From Epithemia pelagica (Eukaryota > Protista > Bacillariophyta): DNA of 64,000 nt. The stretch spans positions 3,596,001 to 3,660,000 of the forward strand of contig OX337230.1 in NCBI GenBank assembly GCA_946965045.2, read 5' to 3'. Made by a program: the position numbers and the translations under genes. Numbering within the stretch: position 1 is the stretch's first letter; each line of letters begins with the position of its first letter. Below the pieces are notes generated by a model. That model worked only from the letters and a program-made list of their open reading frames with translations, did no database searches and was not told where the DNA came from. This document shows, piece after piece, positions 31,751-41,590 of the stretch.

Positions 31751-33365
31751 ATGTCTGGCGACCAATTGATGGAAATCGACGTCGAGCTCTCCGTTGGCCT
31801 ACAAGAAATATTGGAAGCAGGTCAGTTTTCCAAATGCAAGATTGACCTCACAACACTTTTCGATGCAAACGGAAATCTGAACGCTGAGGTTGGTGAATTT
31901 TTTCAGCTATCGTGCCTGGGAGCGCTACGTAAGACTTCCACCCATTTTGTGCCTGATCGAATATATGTTCGTTCGGAAATGAAAGATCTTTTCCCTGGTC
32001 TGTTGATTAAAAGAGACCAGGATGAGCGCAGGAAAATTCTTACTGGATCTCCGGGGATTGGCAAGTCGGTCCTTTTCTTCTTAGCGGCCCTGCGTTGCCA
32101 ATTGCTACCACAGAATGCCAACAAGAAAGTTGCCTACATACGCAAGGTCGATGAAGAACCAGTTTCTTACTATTTGATGGAGCCTGGATCATCTGGAAAC
32201 TCTGTGAAGATGATATATTCCCAGAATATTGAACCAAGCGACCACGAGAATCTCTTCGTCATGTTTAAGGAGTTCCGTGGTTACACGAACAAGATAAAGA
32301 ACGAGGACTATGTGGCGTTCGTGGATGGCCCAAATCATAACCAAAAGATGGATTTGCTGAACAACGGTTTTGACTTTCTTTGCACTTCGGGTGGGTGGCC
32401 CACCCCTTCTCAAAGTGCAATTTTTGTGGAAGATGCCATAATTTTAGGTGCCTGGAAGGAAGTCCCTGAAAAAAGTGATGCTACTTATGGGTCAAACCGA
32501 GGAACAAGCCCAAACTATTTACACACTGTCTGGCGGTCGAATCCGCTTGGCTATCTGGGGCATGCAAAAGGAAGGTGGAATTGATCGAATCAAGCAGTGG
32601 TACGACCGGCTGATTGAAGGCATCGAGTCAGAAACAGTGCTTTTGGCCGTAACAAGGCTCGATTCTTCTGCATCTTCAAAGAGCAGCGACAGGTTGCGCT
32701 CCCGTTTTCTCAATTATGATGGAAAGGAGAACAGTCTGTTGATAGTTGACTCTCTATATGCAATGACTAAGCTGAGAGACAAGGTCAGCTTCGAACATTT
32801 GTTTGAATCCTACAATTTGGCTAGAGCTTGTGGTCTCAGCTCTGCACGGGGTTGGTTTTTCGAGGAAATTATGCATTTGTGGTTCAGACAAAACAGGGAA
32901 CCTACCGGTACCATCCAGGGCTGGGTGAGAAGTCAGGGTACCAGTTCTGAAGGCATCCTGGCACTGGTTGGCCGGAATATTTATTGGATACCTGTCACAT
33001 CCAATTTTGCTAACATTGACGCGGCTGTTCTTAATGGCAGGGTCTTGCTGTGTCTTCAGTACACTGTCCAGACTAAGCATGGCTTTGACCCGCACACATT
33101 CTGGGAGTCCTTTGCCAGTAAGGTGCACAGCAAGGCTGAGACTTCCTTTGATTCTGTTGAGATTTGGTTTGTCTCCCCGAGTGATACCAATTTCCACAAC
33201 GACCATGTCAGCTACAGCCAGTTCATTTCTGGTGGATCTCTCAGCCGAGGTGAAGCCAAGAATATCCACATTTCATTTCTCACTGCAGAGGTGTTGTGTG
33301 CAAGCGCAAGCCAGCTGGGAGATAGTGTACCTCAATTGGAATTCCTTAGGAGTGAAAGTGCATGA
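31751..33365 (+). pseudogene. Crinkler/RHS-type P-loop NTPase plus PD-(D/E)XK-like nuclease gene with one frameshift (~32461)
   Basis: Walker A LTGSPGIGKS, FVDGP, CTSGG and LSGGRIR; C-terminal YWIP..NFANIDAAV..LQYTV..H. ORFs 31751-32584 and 32448-33365 join at AWKE/SLKK. Confidence 0.75.
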
Positions 33366-34034
33366 GAAAGAGACACAACCAAACTGTTGCGTGCTTGATA
33401 ACATCAGCTGCACGCGCGATTTCGTATTTCGTTGATGCCAGTGACGACGCAGTGAAAATGTACCAGTAACCGGCAGTTAAGATAGCGAAACAATAGAGCT
33501 CTCACATTTGCCTGTCCTGTCTCAGGATGGACCAAATTCTTCTCATTGGGTCTGTGCAGCTTCTCCTCGTCATCCTCTAAGTGCCAATGAATCAATTGTC
33601 GCTTGTGCGTTCCTTCGTCGCCCTTGACTTCCTCCCTCATCAACGTCGTCTCTTCGATGATGTCAGACGCCTCCATGACAGTGTCAACAAACAACACTCC
33701 ATTTGGCGTACCCCTTCGAAGACCATCCATGATCCCGTGTTCTACTGTGGCCGCAAAGTTTATGCATTGGTTTGGCGGGCCCTCGTTTGGCTAGCTCTGT
33801 TTCGTAGGTGGGTTCAGCAGTCTGAGGCAGGTGGAGGAGCCCATCCTGAGCCTTCGTTCTGGCCGTCACTGGTAGATACGCAGTCAAAAGCAACAGACCT
33901 GAACCTTGTATGGAGAGAAGGCTCACTGATGTGTGCTTTGGTGCGTCGCTAAAGTCCAAGGGTAAGGGTGGGAAGATGGATGTGGTTGCAATGCACGTGG
34001 ATTTCAATCGGTCAAAGTTTCGCTGACAAGGTCC

Positions 34035-34502
34035 AAACAAGGTCCATTGACGTGCGTTCTCGTGGTGATTGTGTTGGCTGGCCTGTCGGTGCATGGGCCA
34101 TGATCCATCCAGGTGCCACGGTGGAAAGCGATTGGACCTTGTTGTTGGGCCTGCTTGTGGGCGTGCCGCTGGGATTTCTCATCCGATTAGTGCTCGGGGT
34201 CTTTGCCTGGTGTGGAACCACAATCTCCAACAAATTATTGCGTCGTTCCGGGACGAAGTTTTGACGCATGGCTACGAGGTGGAGCTGGATATTGACCGCT
34301 ACTACAGTGGTTGCTATCCGGACCTTAAAATGTGCGTTTCGTGGAGGTGGCGAACCAGGAGACCATGGAACAACAGCCGGTCACAAAGTAGTATGGTTGG
34401 GTCTACGTCAGAAATGACGACGAACACTGGACCTGCGACGATGAGTCATCCGTGGCGCCACTCGAAGAACCACCCATGGATCCTGCTGCTCCAAGAGTTT
34501 GA
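34035..34502 (+). pseudogene. 5'-truncated, frameshifted copy of the two-TM membrane protein gene at 49754-50404
   Basis: Clear DNA and protein similarity (GAWAMIHPGATVES, HGYEVELDIDRY, WVYVRNDDEHWTC) is spread across different frames. Confidence 0.8.
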
Positions 34503-34989
34503 GTGTTGTGGTGTGCCCCAAAAGTTTGTGCGGATCCTCCCAAACCATGGCGATATCCTCGTATCCCATGGACGACAGAAATTCCCTTTTCGTCGTCGTC
34601 CCCATGGTGATTTTCGTCCTCCAAATCATGATGAAACTAGGGGAACTCCTCCACTACTGCAGGATTTAGAACAAGGCAAACTTGATCCATGGTCCTCTGT
34701 AGCTCTCCGTCCAAAGTCTTTTTCTCGACATCACGAATGCGGGGTCATTGAGAAGAATGCACAGTTTGTCCTTCAGGAACTGCTGTCCGAGTTAGACGTA
34801 TCTGCGCTCGATGGAATCATTCTTTGTACCCAGAACTAAAGAAATCTTTTTCGTTTCTGATCCATCCTCTACTACTAAGATAGAGCTTTATACGCAATAT
34901 GTCTCTTGAACCCCCGAGAAGCACAGTACTCCTACTGAAAACCCTTATAAATCCCGGATGTTCAACGTCCCCACGTCCACAAAAAAATG

Positions 34990-35562
34990 CTAACGGCCAT
35001 TCTTGTTGGCAGACCCAATGGTGATCTCTTGAGCCAGGATTCTGGCTTCTTGAGCGTTGAGACGATCGGAGACAGTGGTGAGGCGATCGGACACGCCGAT
35101 GAAGCGATTCGATATACCCACAGTATTCGTCTGCAGGCAAATAATAGTCGCCCCAAACAGGGAGATCATAAGGCCCCCCAGCCCAAACCCTAGCCCGATC
35201 GTCATTCGATCAATGACTCGATCAAATTTAGCATCGGCTCGATCAAATTTAGCATCGACTTTATCAAATTTAGCATCCGAGTGGTCCTTGAATTCCCTGA
35301 GTCCAACGCTCAACTTCTCGAGGTTGCGACTAATATTCGATAGTTCCTTTGATAAGTTGGGCGTCTTATCTTCTTGGGCCATGGCTGTGGATTTATGGCG
35401 GCCAACACGACGACTATACATGGTGAGAGCCCGTTGGCTAATGCGGCGGTGAGAAATCACCTCATGGCGCAACAAAGGATGAATGGTAAGGGTACGCAGT
35501 TGCAAAAGTGAAGAGTTGTTAGTGACGACTTGTCGCAACAAGAGTGGGGATGGGAGGAGCAA
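34990..35562 (-). CDS. Small coiled coil-TM-coiled coil protein (CCDC90/DUF1640-like); true start uncertain
   Basis: DAKFDKV/DAKFDRA/DAKFDRV heptads encoded by a 21-bp DNA repeat (35221-35277), then TM GLGFGLGGLMISLFGATIICL and a second coiled coil. Confidence 0.5.
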   Translation of the reverse strand: MLLPSPLLLRQVVTNNSSLLQLRTLTIHPLLRHEVISHRRISQRALTMYSRRVGRHKSTAMAQEDKTPNLSKELSNISRNLEKLSVGLREFKDHSDAKFDKVDAKFDRADAKFDRVIDRMTIGLGFGLGGLMISLFGATIICLQTNTVGISNRFIGVSDRLTTVSDRLNAQEARILAQEITIGSANKNGR

Positions 35563-36372
35563 GCAAGAGGGTAGCCCCTAGCGGAAGGTGAGACCTGGTT
35601 GATCGTGATTGACAGACAGACCAAGAGCATTCTGAATCTCACCCCCAAGGCGCGACTGGCGATTTTCCGACTTTGACCCAAACTCACAACAACCACAACG
35701 CAAACACCACGAGGCCCATCTTGCTGTGGTTGTAACAAGGTCCATCAAATCAGTTGCTCTTGCAATGATTTGGATCATGCCGCCATGGAAATACAACAGA
35801 TTGGTGCTGTTCCTCTTTCGTTGTCTTAGGTCGTGGAAGTATGCTTGGAATTGTCACCGTCGTCATCATGGAATTGTCACCGTCGTCATCATCGTCCAAT
35901 GGGGGAAATTATTCACTTGACCACTCAATGATTTTCGCAAGCGGTGAGGCATCCTACTTGATTGCCCAACAAACGAAGCAGTGTTGCAACGGTTGTTGCT
36001 GGTGGCTTCAATACTGCTTGGTATGGACGTTTCCTGGGCCTCCGCATCACCATACGCCTCTCGAACCTCGTACTGGGACCGACGGTGTCGCTTGTGTGAC
36101 GAACAGGACTTGGAGGACGACATGGTAGGCTGTTGCACCTCCACCCACCGTGGTGGATACAGTGAATGTGTGCAATGAAATTTTGGTTTGGGTCAAAGTG
36201 GGCCGTGGGGGTGAGTTTCAGATTGCACCTTTACCCATTCACGAGCAGGACTCACCCTTCCGCTAGGGGGTAGCAAGATGGGAGCAGGGTTGATGTGGAG
36301 TAGCGTGGCCGATGCTGGACAGACTTCGGCGACTGACATTCCAGGTACGACCGACCCGCCTCGTCGCTACTA

Positions 36373-36978
36373 AGGGCTGGGTAAGCCGATCCATGTTCGG
36401 CTAAGTAGGCTCAGTACATTAAGCTACGTAGAGTACATAAAATCAGATAGTACACGTCACGCCGGAAATGGTCGGAATTTCAAAAAAATGCAAAAACGCT
36501 CGACAATGATGGCGAGATCCGGTGACGCCGTATGCATTCACCCATGCATCGCATAAACATCCAACCACCGTAAGTCCTTTGCCTTTACCTTTGAAATTGT
36601 TGTCTGAAATTACAGAAGATTTGCCAAGTTGGCTGAAAAGGTACGCTCATTTTTCTGCAGTGATGAAATCGAACGACCGCCCTAACTCATTCATTTTTCA
36701 AGGGTGCCTGAATCAAAGTGAAAGCAAAGTTGCTCTAGTAGTAAAGATTCTTATTGTAAAAGTGATTCAGGCAGGCTCAATTATTGAGGAAGTTATGGCC
36801 ATGGGGGTGACGGCTTCCACCATTGTCGAGTGATGGCTTCCAATTTGCATTGTTTCTCGTGGCAGCAAGTTTTCAATTTGAGACCATCCGCCCCACTTGT
36901 TACACTGATGAAAATAGTACTACGTAAATTAATGTACTGAGCCTACTTAGCCGAACATGGATCGGCTTACCCAGCCCT
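36373..36978. mobile_element. MITE/non-autonomous DNA transposon, 606 bp, with perfect 50-bp TIRs and a probable TA TSD
   Basis: 36373-36422 (AGGGCTGGGTAAGCCGATCC..CAGTACATTAA) is the exact reverse complement of 36929-36978. TA lies on both sides (acTA|element|TAgt). Confidence 0.88.
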
Positions 36979-38070
36979 TAGTCGCGAGGCGAACATCCGA
37001 TTTCGTTCCCTCTGTTCCACGATTTGGATATGACATATGACCGAATGCGTGAAAAGAGTTTTCACCTTTCACCCTTCTGGATTCCAACACCCTTTCCGGC
37101 CTAAAACGAGTTCAAGACGATCGCAACGATCATTAGGACCTTTCAGGAAACCACACTAGCTAGCTAGCTAGCTAGCTAGTTTATTTTGCTCGCAGACTTT
37201 CACCATGACCTTTCTGGATGCCATCCCTTTTATCGACAAGGAAACAACGAATCTTCACTCGTGGAGGATCTGTTGTTGTTTCTCAGCAGGATCAGGATCC
37301 GCACGACCAGAACCCCAACGCTTCTTTTTCTTGTGGTGGTGGTGGTCGTGCCCCTGGGATGGATTCAGCCTCTTCCTCCAAGGCTGAAAGGAGGTGGATC
37401 GTTTGACAACATTACTCGTACGCTGCTCTCTCGTCTGACTCTGAAATCCAAGAGATCCCCCCCCCCCCCCCCCTCGTGACTGGAAGAACACAAGTCCAAC
37501 AAGAAGATCAAGCCCAAGATCACAGCGAAAGATCTGAAATTGCAATCTACCGCTCACCACCCAGCTTGAGAGGAGACGACAGTCCCAACGTCGACACCAC
37601 TGAATGATTGGATGTTACGACAACCACGCAAGTAAGATCGGAGAGGAAATGGACCCGCCCGCAGGAGGAACGAGGAACCGGGGCAGATCCAGAAGTGGGG
37701 TGTATTCTTCTGGTGTGGCGGTCCAGGAATGATTGTTCGAACAAGACCTCCCCATCCGGGAAGATCCAAACGAACGCCAAACAAAAAGCTTATTCAGCTT
37801 CATACCACATATATACATATACATGGTTGGACAGAACACTGCATCGAAATGGTTCAACCTTCTTTTCTTGCCCTTGAGTACCGAATCGTAGACTGCCCTC
37901 TCCTCTTGCGTCTCTCTATAACACAAAGCCCTATTTTATAACTATGTATTGGAGTAGCTAGATATGGAACGTCAATCTGTTCTAGGTAGTAGTAGTATCC
38001 CAAAGCCTATGGAAAGAACACGAATGGTTCTTCTTCCAGTCCTGTGGATTCGATCGTTGGAGCCTTTTTT

Positions 38071-39066
38071 TTATTCGAAGGCACCCACCTCGTCGTTGTT
38101 GAGAAACATTTTGAGACTCAGCGACGAGGATGGCAGAGTGAGTTTGTCCTTGGTAAAGTAGGAACTGGGATTGGACACATGCACGGCCGTGGCCAATTTT
38201 TGCATTGAGGTTGCCATGGCTTGTTTGGTGAATTCGTTCCGATCCGACAGGGCACAGACGCCCGCGCAACCCTTATCGGTCAAATCGCAATGCCCCATGT
38301 TCCTGCCGCTTTCCTCCAATTGAATTTGATACAAGACGCGATAGTCCGGCGAGGATTGTTCATAGCCATATTTGCCACCCGCATTTACCGTCACTCGACA
38401 GGTATCTTGCGAATTGCCCCACATGACGGTCGGAATCGAGGTCAAATCCAAACCACTCCAGGGTTGAGCATTGGAAGGAAGACGTCGGTATTCCGGTTCC
38501 AATCCCACCACGCCATGAATGGTCAGTTCCGATGACGATCCTTGTTCTTGACTGACTTGGAGGACCACTTCTCCCACAGTCAAGGACGAGGCCGAATGAC
38601 CGCCCAAAATAAATTTGGTGGGAACATTGTCACACACTTGATGCACATGAGAGGCAATATTGGCTTGGACGTACACGGCCAAGTTGTAGAGTTTGTCGCG
38701 GGGGTCCTTGTCCCACCCCCACCAGGCTTGTTTAAAAGGATTGTTGGGTCGATGATCGGCCACCACAACGGCAATACTCGTCCCACGAGCCGTCACGGTG
38801 GACAGGGTGGAATAATCGCCCACCGACATGGCCGTCCCCACGGCAATCATGACCACGGTATCAATGCAATTGACGGTTTCATCATAGGCGACGCGAATCA
38901 AGCCTTGAGTACGAGAGTTGGGAGGCACCAAGACACCCTTGTCATCTTCCGGATGAAAGACGACCGTTTCGGTGGCCCGAGCGACTCGAATGGATGCCGA
39001 GAGGGCCAAGAAAACCAAGAACAAGGTGGGGAGTCGGAGAAGCGAGGAACCAAAGACAGTCTTCAT
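38071..39066 (-). CDS. Secreted alpha/beta hydrolase, chlorophyllase-like (paralog A)
   Basis: Signal peptide; GGHSAS nucleophile elbow, GLEP, and GHCD catalytic-His-like motif. Confidence 0.72.
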   Translation of the reverse strand: MKTVFGSSLLRLPTLFLVFLALSASIRVARATETVVFHPEDDKGVLVPPNSRTQGLIRVAYDETVNCIDTVVMIAVGTAMSVGDYSTLSTVTARGTSIAVVVADHRPNNPFKQAWWGWDKDPRDKLYNLAVYVQANIASHVHQVCDNVPTKFILGGHSASSLTVGEVVLQVSQEQGSSSELTIHGVVGLEPEYRRLPSNAQPWSGLDLTSIPTVMWGNSQDTCRVTVNAGGKYGYEQSSPDYRVLYQIQLEESGRNMGHCDLTDKGCAGVCALSDRNEFTKQAMATSMQKLATAVHVSNPSSYFTKDKLTLPSSSLSLKMFLNNDEVGAFE

Positions 39067-39654
39067 GGTTGTCGTTGTCGTTATTGTCTAATAGATATAG
39101 AGATGGTTGTGCTTTCGTCGTTATTATTTGTGACACTCTGCCAATGATGATGACCTCACAATTGGCTCGTCGCAATCCTCTTCTTTAGTAATCACGATTT
39201 TTCCAAGACAGGGTCTTGTGCCTTCTGCATAATATCTATCTCGAGACGAACCCAACAAGGCAAAAAAGATCGCGAGAGCAAAGATACCTCAACCTGGATC
39301 GGTCGCACAAATCTCCAGAGACACATCCAAAAATCCGGTCTTTTTTCCACTAAAATCTACGTGTTTGTGTCGACGAGAAAAGAGGGATGACTTTTTTCCA
39401 AAGTACAGTACTCTGGAGAGAATTTTGGAATTTGGAGCATTTTTCGGGGAAAAAGCCACTGCCAATACTGACGTGATGTTCGTCAAGAAGTGCAAGAAAA
39501 GACAGGAGTCCTCGGCTTGTTCAACGGCTGCTCGGGAGAGTAATGAACCGACGTGTGTTGTTTTCGCTGTCCTGCTCCAAACAAGGTCGCAATTCGTACT
39601 GTAGCAGTAGTAAGATCGTATCAGTCAGTCGTCATCGATAATAGAGACCGCCTA

Positions 39655-40812
39655 ATGAAGAACCAGAATTCGACTCGATCGCTGGGGCACCGTCGTCGGT
39701 GTCGCCCTGTTGGTTCGTCGTGGGTGGACAAACGGTCATGGTTGTGTGTGATGCCGGTAGTCCTAGCAATACTGGGCCTCCTCCTTCTCCCTGTTACAAC
39801 ACGGGCCGCGGTGGTCTTTGATCCGGACGATGACAAGGGTGTCATGGTGCCTCCAACCAACTCTCGGACGCAGGGCTTGATTCGCGTCGCCTACGACGAA
39901 ACCAGTCCTTGTATTGACACGGTCGTCATGATTGCCGTGGGGACGGCCATGTCGGTGGGCGATTATTCCATCTTGTCGCGTCTCACGGCCCAAGGGACGA
40001 GCATTGCTGTCGTGGTGGCCGATCATCGACCCAACAATCTTTTTAAACAAGCCTGGGTGAATTGGGATACCGATCCCCGCGACCGACTCTTGGCCTTGGC
40101 CATGTATGTGCAAAACAATATTGGGTTTCATGTCCATCACGTGTGTGCCGACCGCAAGACCCATTTCATTTTGGGTGGTCATTCGGCGTCGGCCTTGACA
40201 GTGGGAGAAGTCTTGTTGGAAGTCCATCGGGGAACCAAATCCTATCTCAAGGTGGATGGTGTCGTGGGATTGGATCCAGAATATCGACGATTGCCCATTT
40301 CTCCCCAAATGTGGAACGAATTGGATTTGACGCACATTCCCTCGGTCATGTGGGGTCATTCGCAAGATTCCTGTCAGGTCATGGTCAATACGGGCGGCAA
40401 ATATGGCTACGAAAAATCCTCGCCGTATTACCGTGTCTTGTATCAAATGCAATGGGAGGGACCGCAAAATCAAGGCCATTGCGATTTGACCAATGACGGA
40501 TGCATGGCCTTGGCTTCCATTCCCGGTGTGGGATCCATTCCCATTTGTGTTCTGTCCGATCGACATGCCAGTACCAAACAACTCATGGCCTTGTCGATTC
40601 AAAAATTGGCCACGGCCGTCGATCGACCCGATCCCAGTGCCTTTTTTGAAGAACAAAAACGAGAGGCCCAAACCTCCTTTGCCGGTACGCCTCGTGATCT
40701 CAAGGTGTTTTGGAATACCGATACCGTCGACTTTTCCGCACGGGCCCAAGACGGAGGAGGAAACCACCGAGGAGGAGGAGCAGGACGACTCCGGATTCCG
40801 CCTCCTCATTAA
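39655..40812 (+). CDS. Secreted/membrane alpha/beta hydrolase, chlorophyllase-like (paralog B)
   Basis: GGHSAS, GLDP and GHCD motifs; strong similarity to 38071-39066. ATG at 39655, with an alternative at 39751. Confidence 0.72.
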   Translation: MKNQNSTRSLGHRRRCRPVGSSWVDKRSWLCVMPVVLAILGLLLLPVTTRAAVVFDPDDDKGVMVPPTNSRTQGLIRVAYDETSPCIDTVVMIAVGTAMSVGDYSILSRLTAQGTSIAVVVADHRPNNLFKQAWVNWDTDPRDRLLALAMYVQNNIGFHVHHVCADRKTHFILGGHSASALTVGEVLLEVHRGTKSYLKVDGVVGLDPEYRRLPISPQMWNELDLTHIPSVMWGHSQDSCQVMVNTGGKYGYEKSSPYYRVLYQMQWEGPQNQGHCDLTNDGCMALASIPGVGSIPICVLSDRHASTKQLMALSIQKLATAVDRPDPSAFFEEQKREAQTSFAGTPRDLKVFWNTDTVDFSARAQDGGGNHRGGGAGRLRIPPPH

Positions 40813-41590
40813 ATTCAACCACAACCACAAGAATATACAAGTGTCCAGAGGGACCGATTGCCCGCGGTACTGCAGTGTTTCCTTCCAATAGCCACCACCA
40901 AACACTATTTATCGATTGGAACAACGGTATGTTCCTTTTCCTTTACCAGAAAAGAAGAAGAAGAATGGGGGATTCCATCTCTATTGTACATACATTCACA
41001 CACTTTAATATCTACGAATACATCTACTATGAGAGGTTCTGTGGAATAGTGGCGCAACAGAGGCACTGTGGAATAGTGGCGCAATACGGGAACTGGGTGC
41101 ACACCATGGCCATGGTGGCGGCGATTGACATACATTGGTCAAGTCACTCCGAAAACTGTGGGATGATTGAGTAGGTAGGTCCCTATCATCTTTTAGCTTC
41201 CTTGTGGAATGCAATGATCCATAGTGACTCCAATTGGCTTACCATCATAGAGTATCCAAGTCGACTCCATTTGGGTGACCATCAAATTGGTTCTGTGTCA
41301 CCAAAAGAACGACACACATGCGACCCAACTACTCACCCCCAGTGGGGGTAATCGTAGGTCCTCCTCGCCCCACCCAATTCTCGGCAGTTTGCGACCGTCC
41401 GTCGGCGGGATATACTCAAACCCAGAAAACTCAAGTTTTCTCTCGAATTCGTCGCAGTGAGAGTAAGATGTGTACCATTACAATCAGCCCCGGTGTTGCA
41501 TCCATGCCAGCGACGACGTGAATTGCTTGCTTGTTATTACTCGCAGGACCCCCCATCGTAGACAAAACTTGAGCGTGTTTTCTCCTGAGG

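Noticed and set aside
41039-41084. 19-bp direct repeat CTGTGGAATAGTGGCGCAA (27-bp period)
   Set aside because: Two copies only; most simply a local slippage duplication with no enclosed element.
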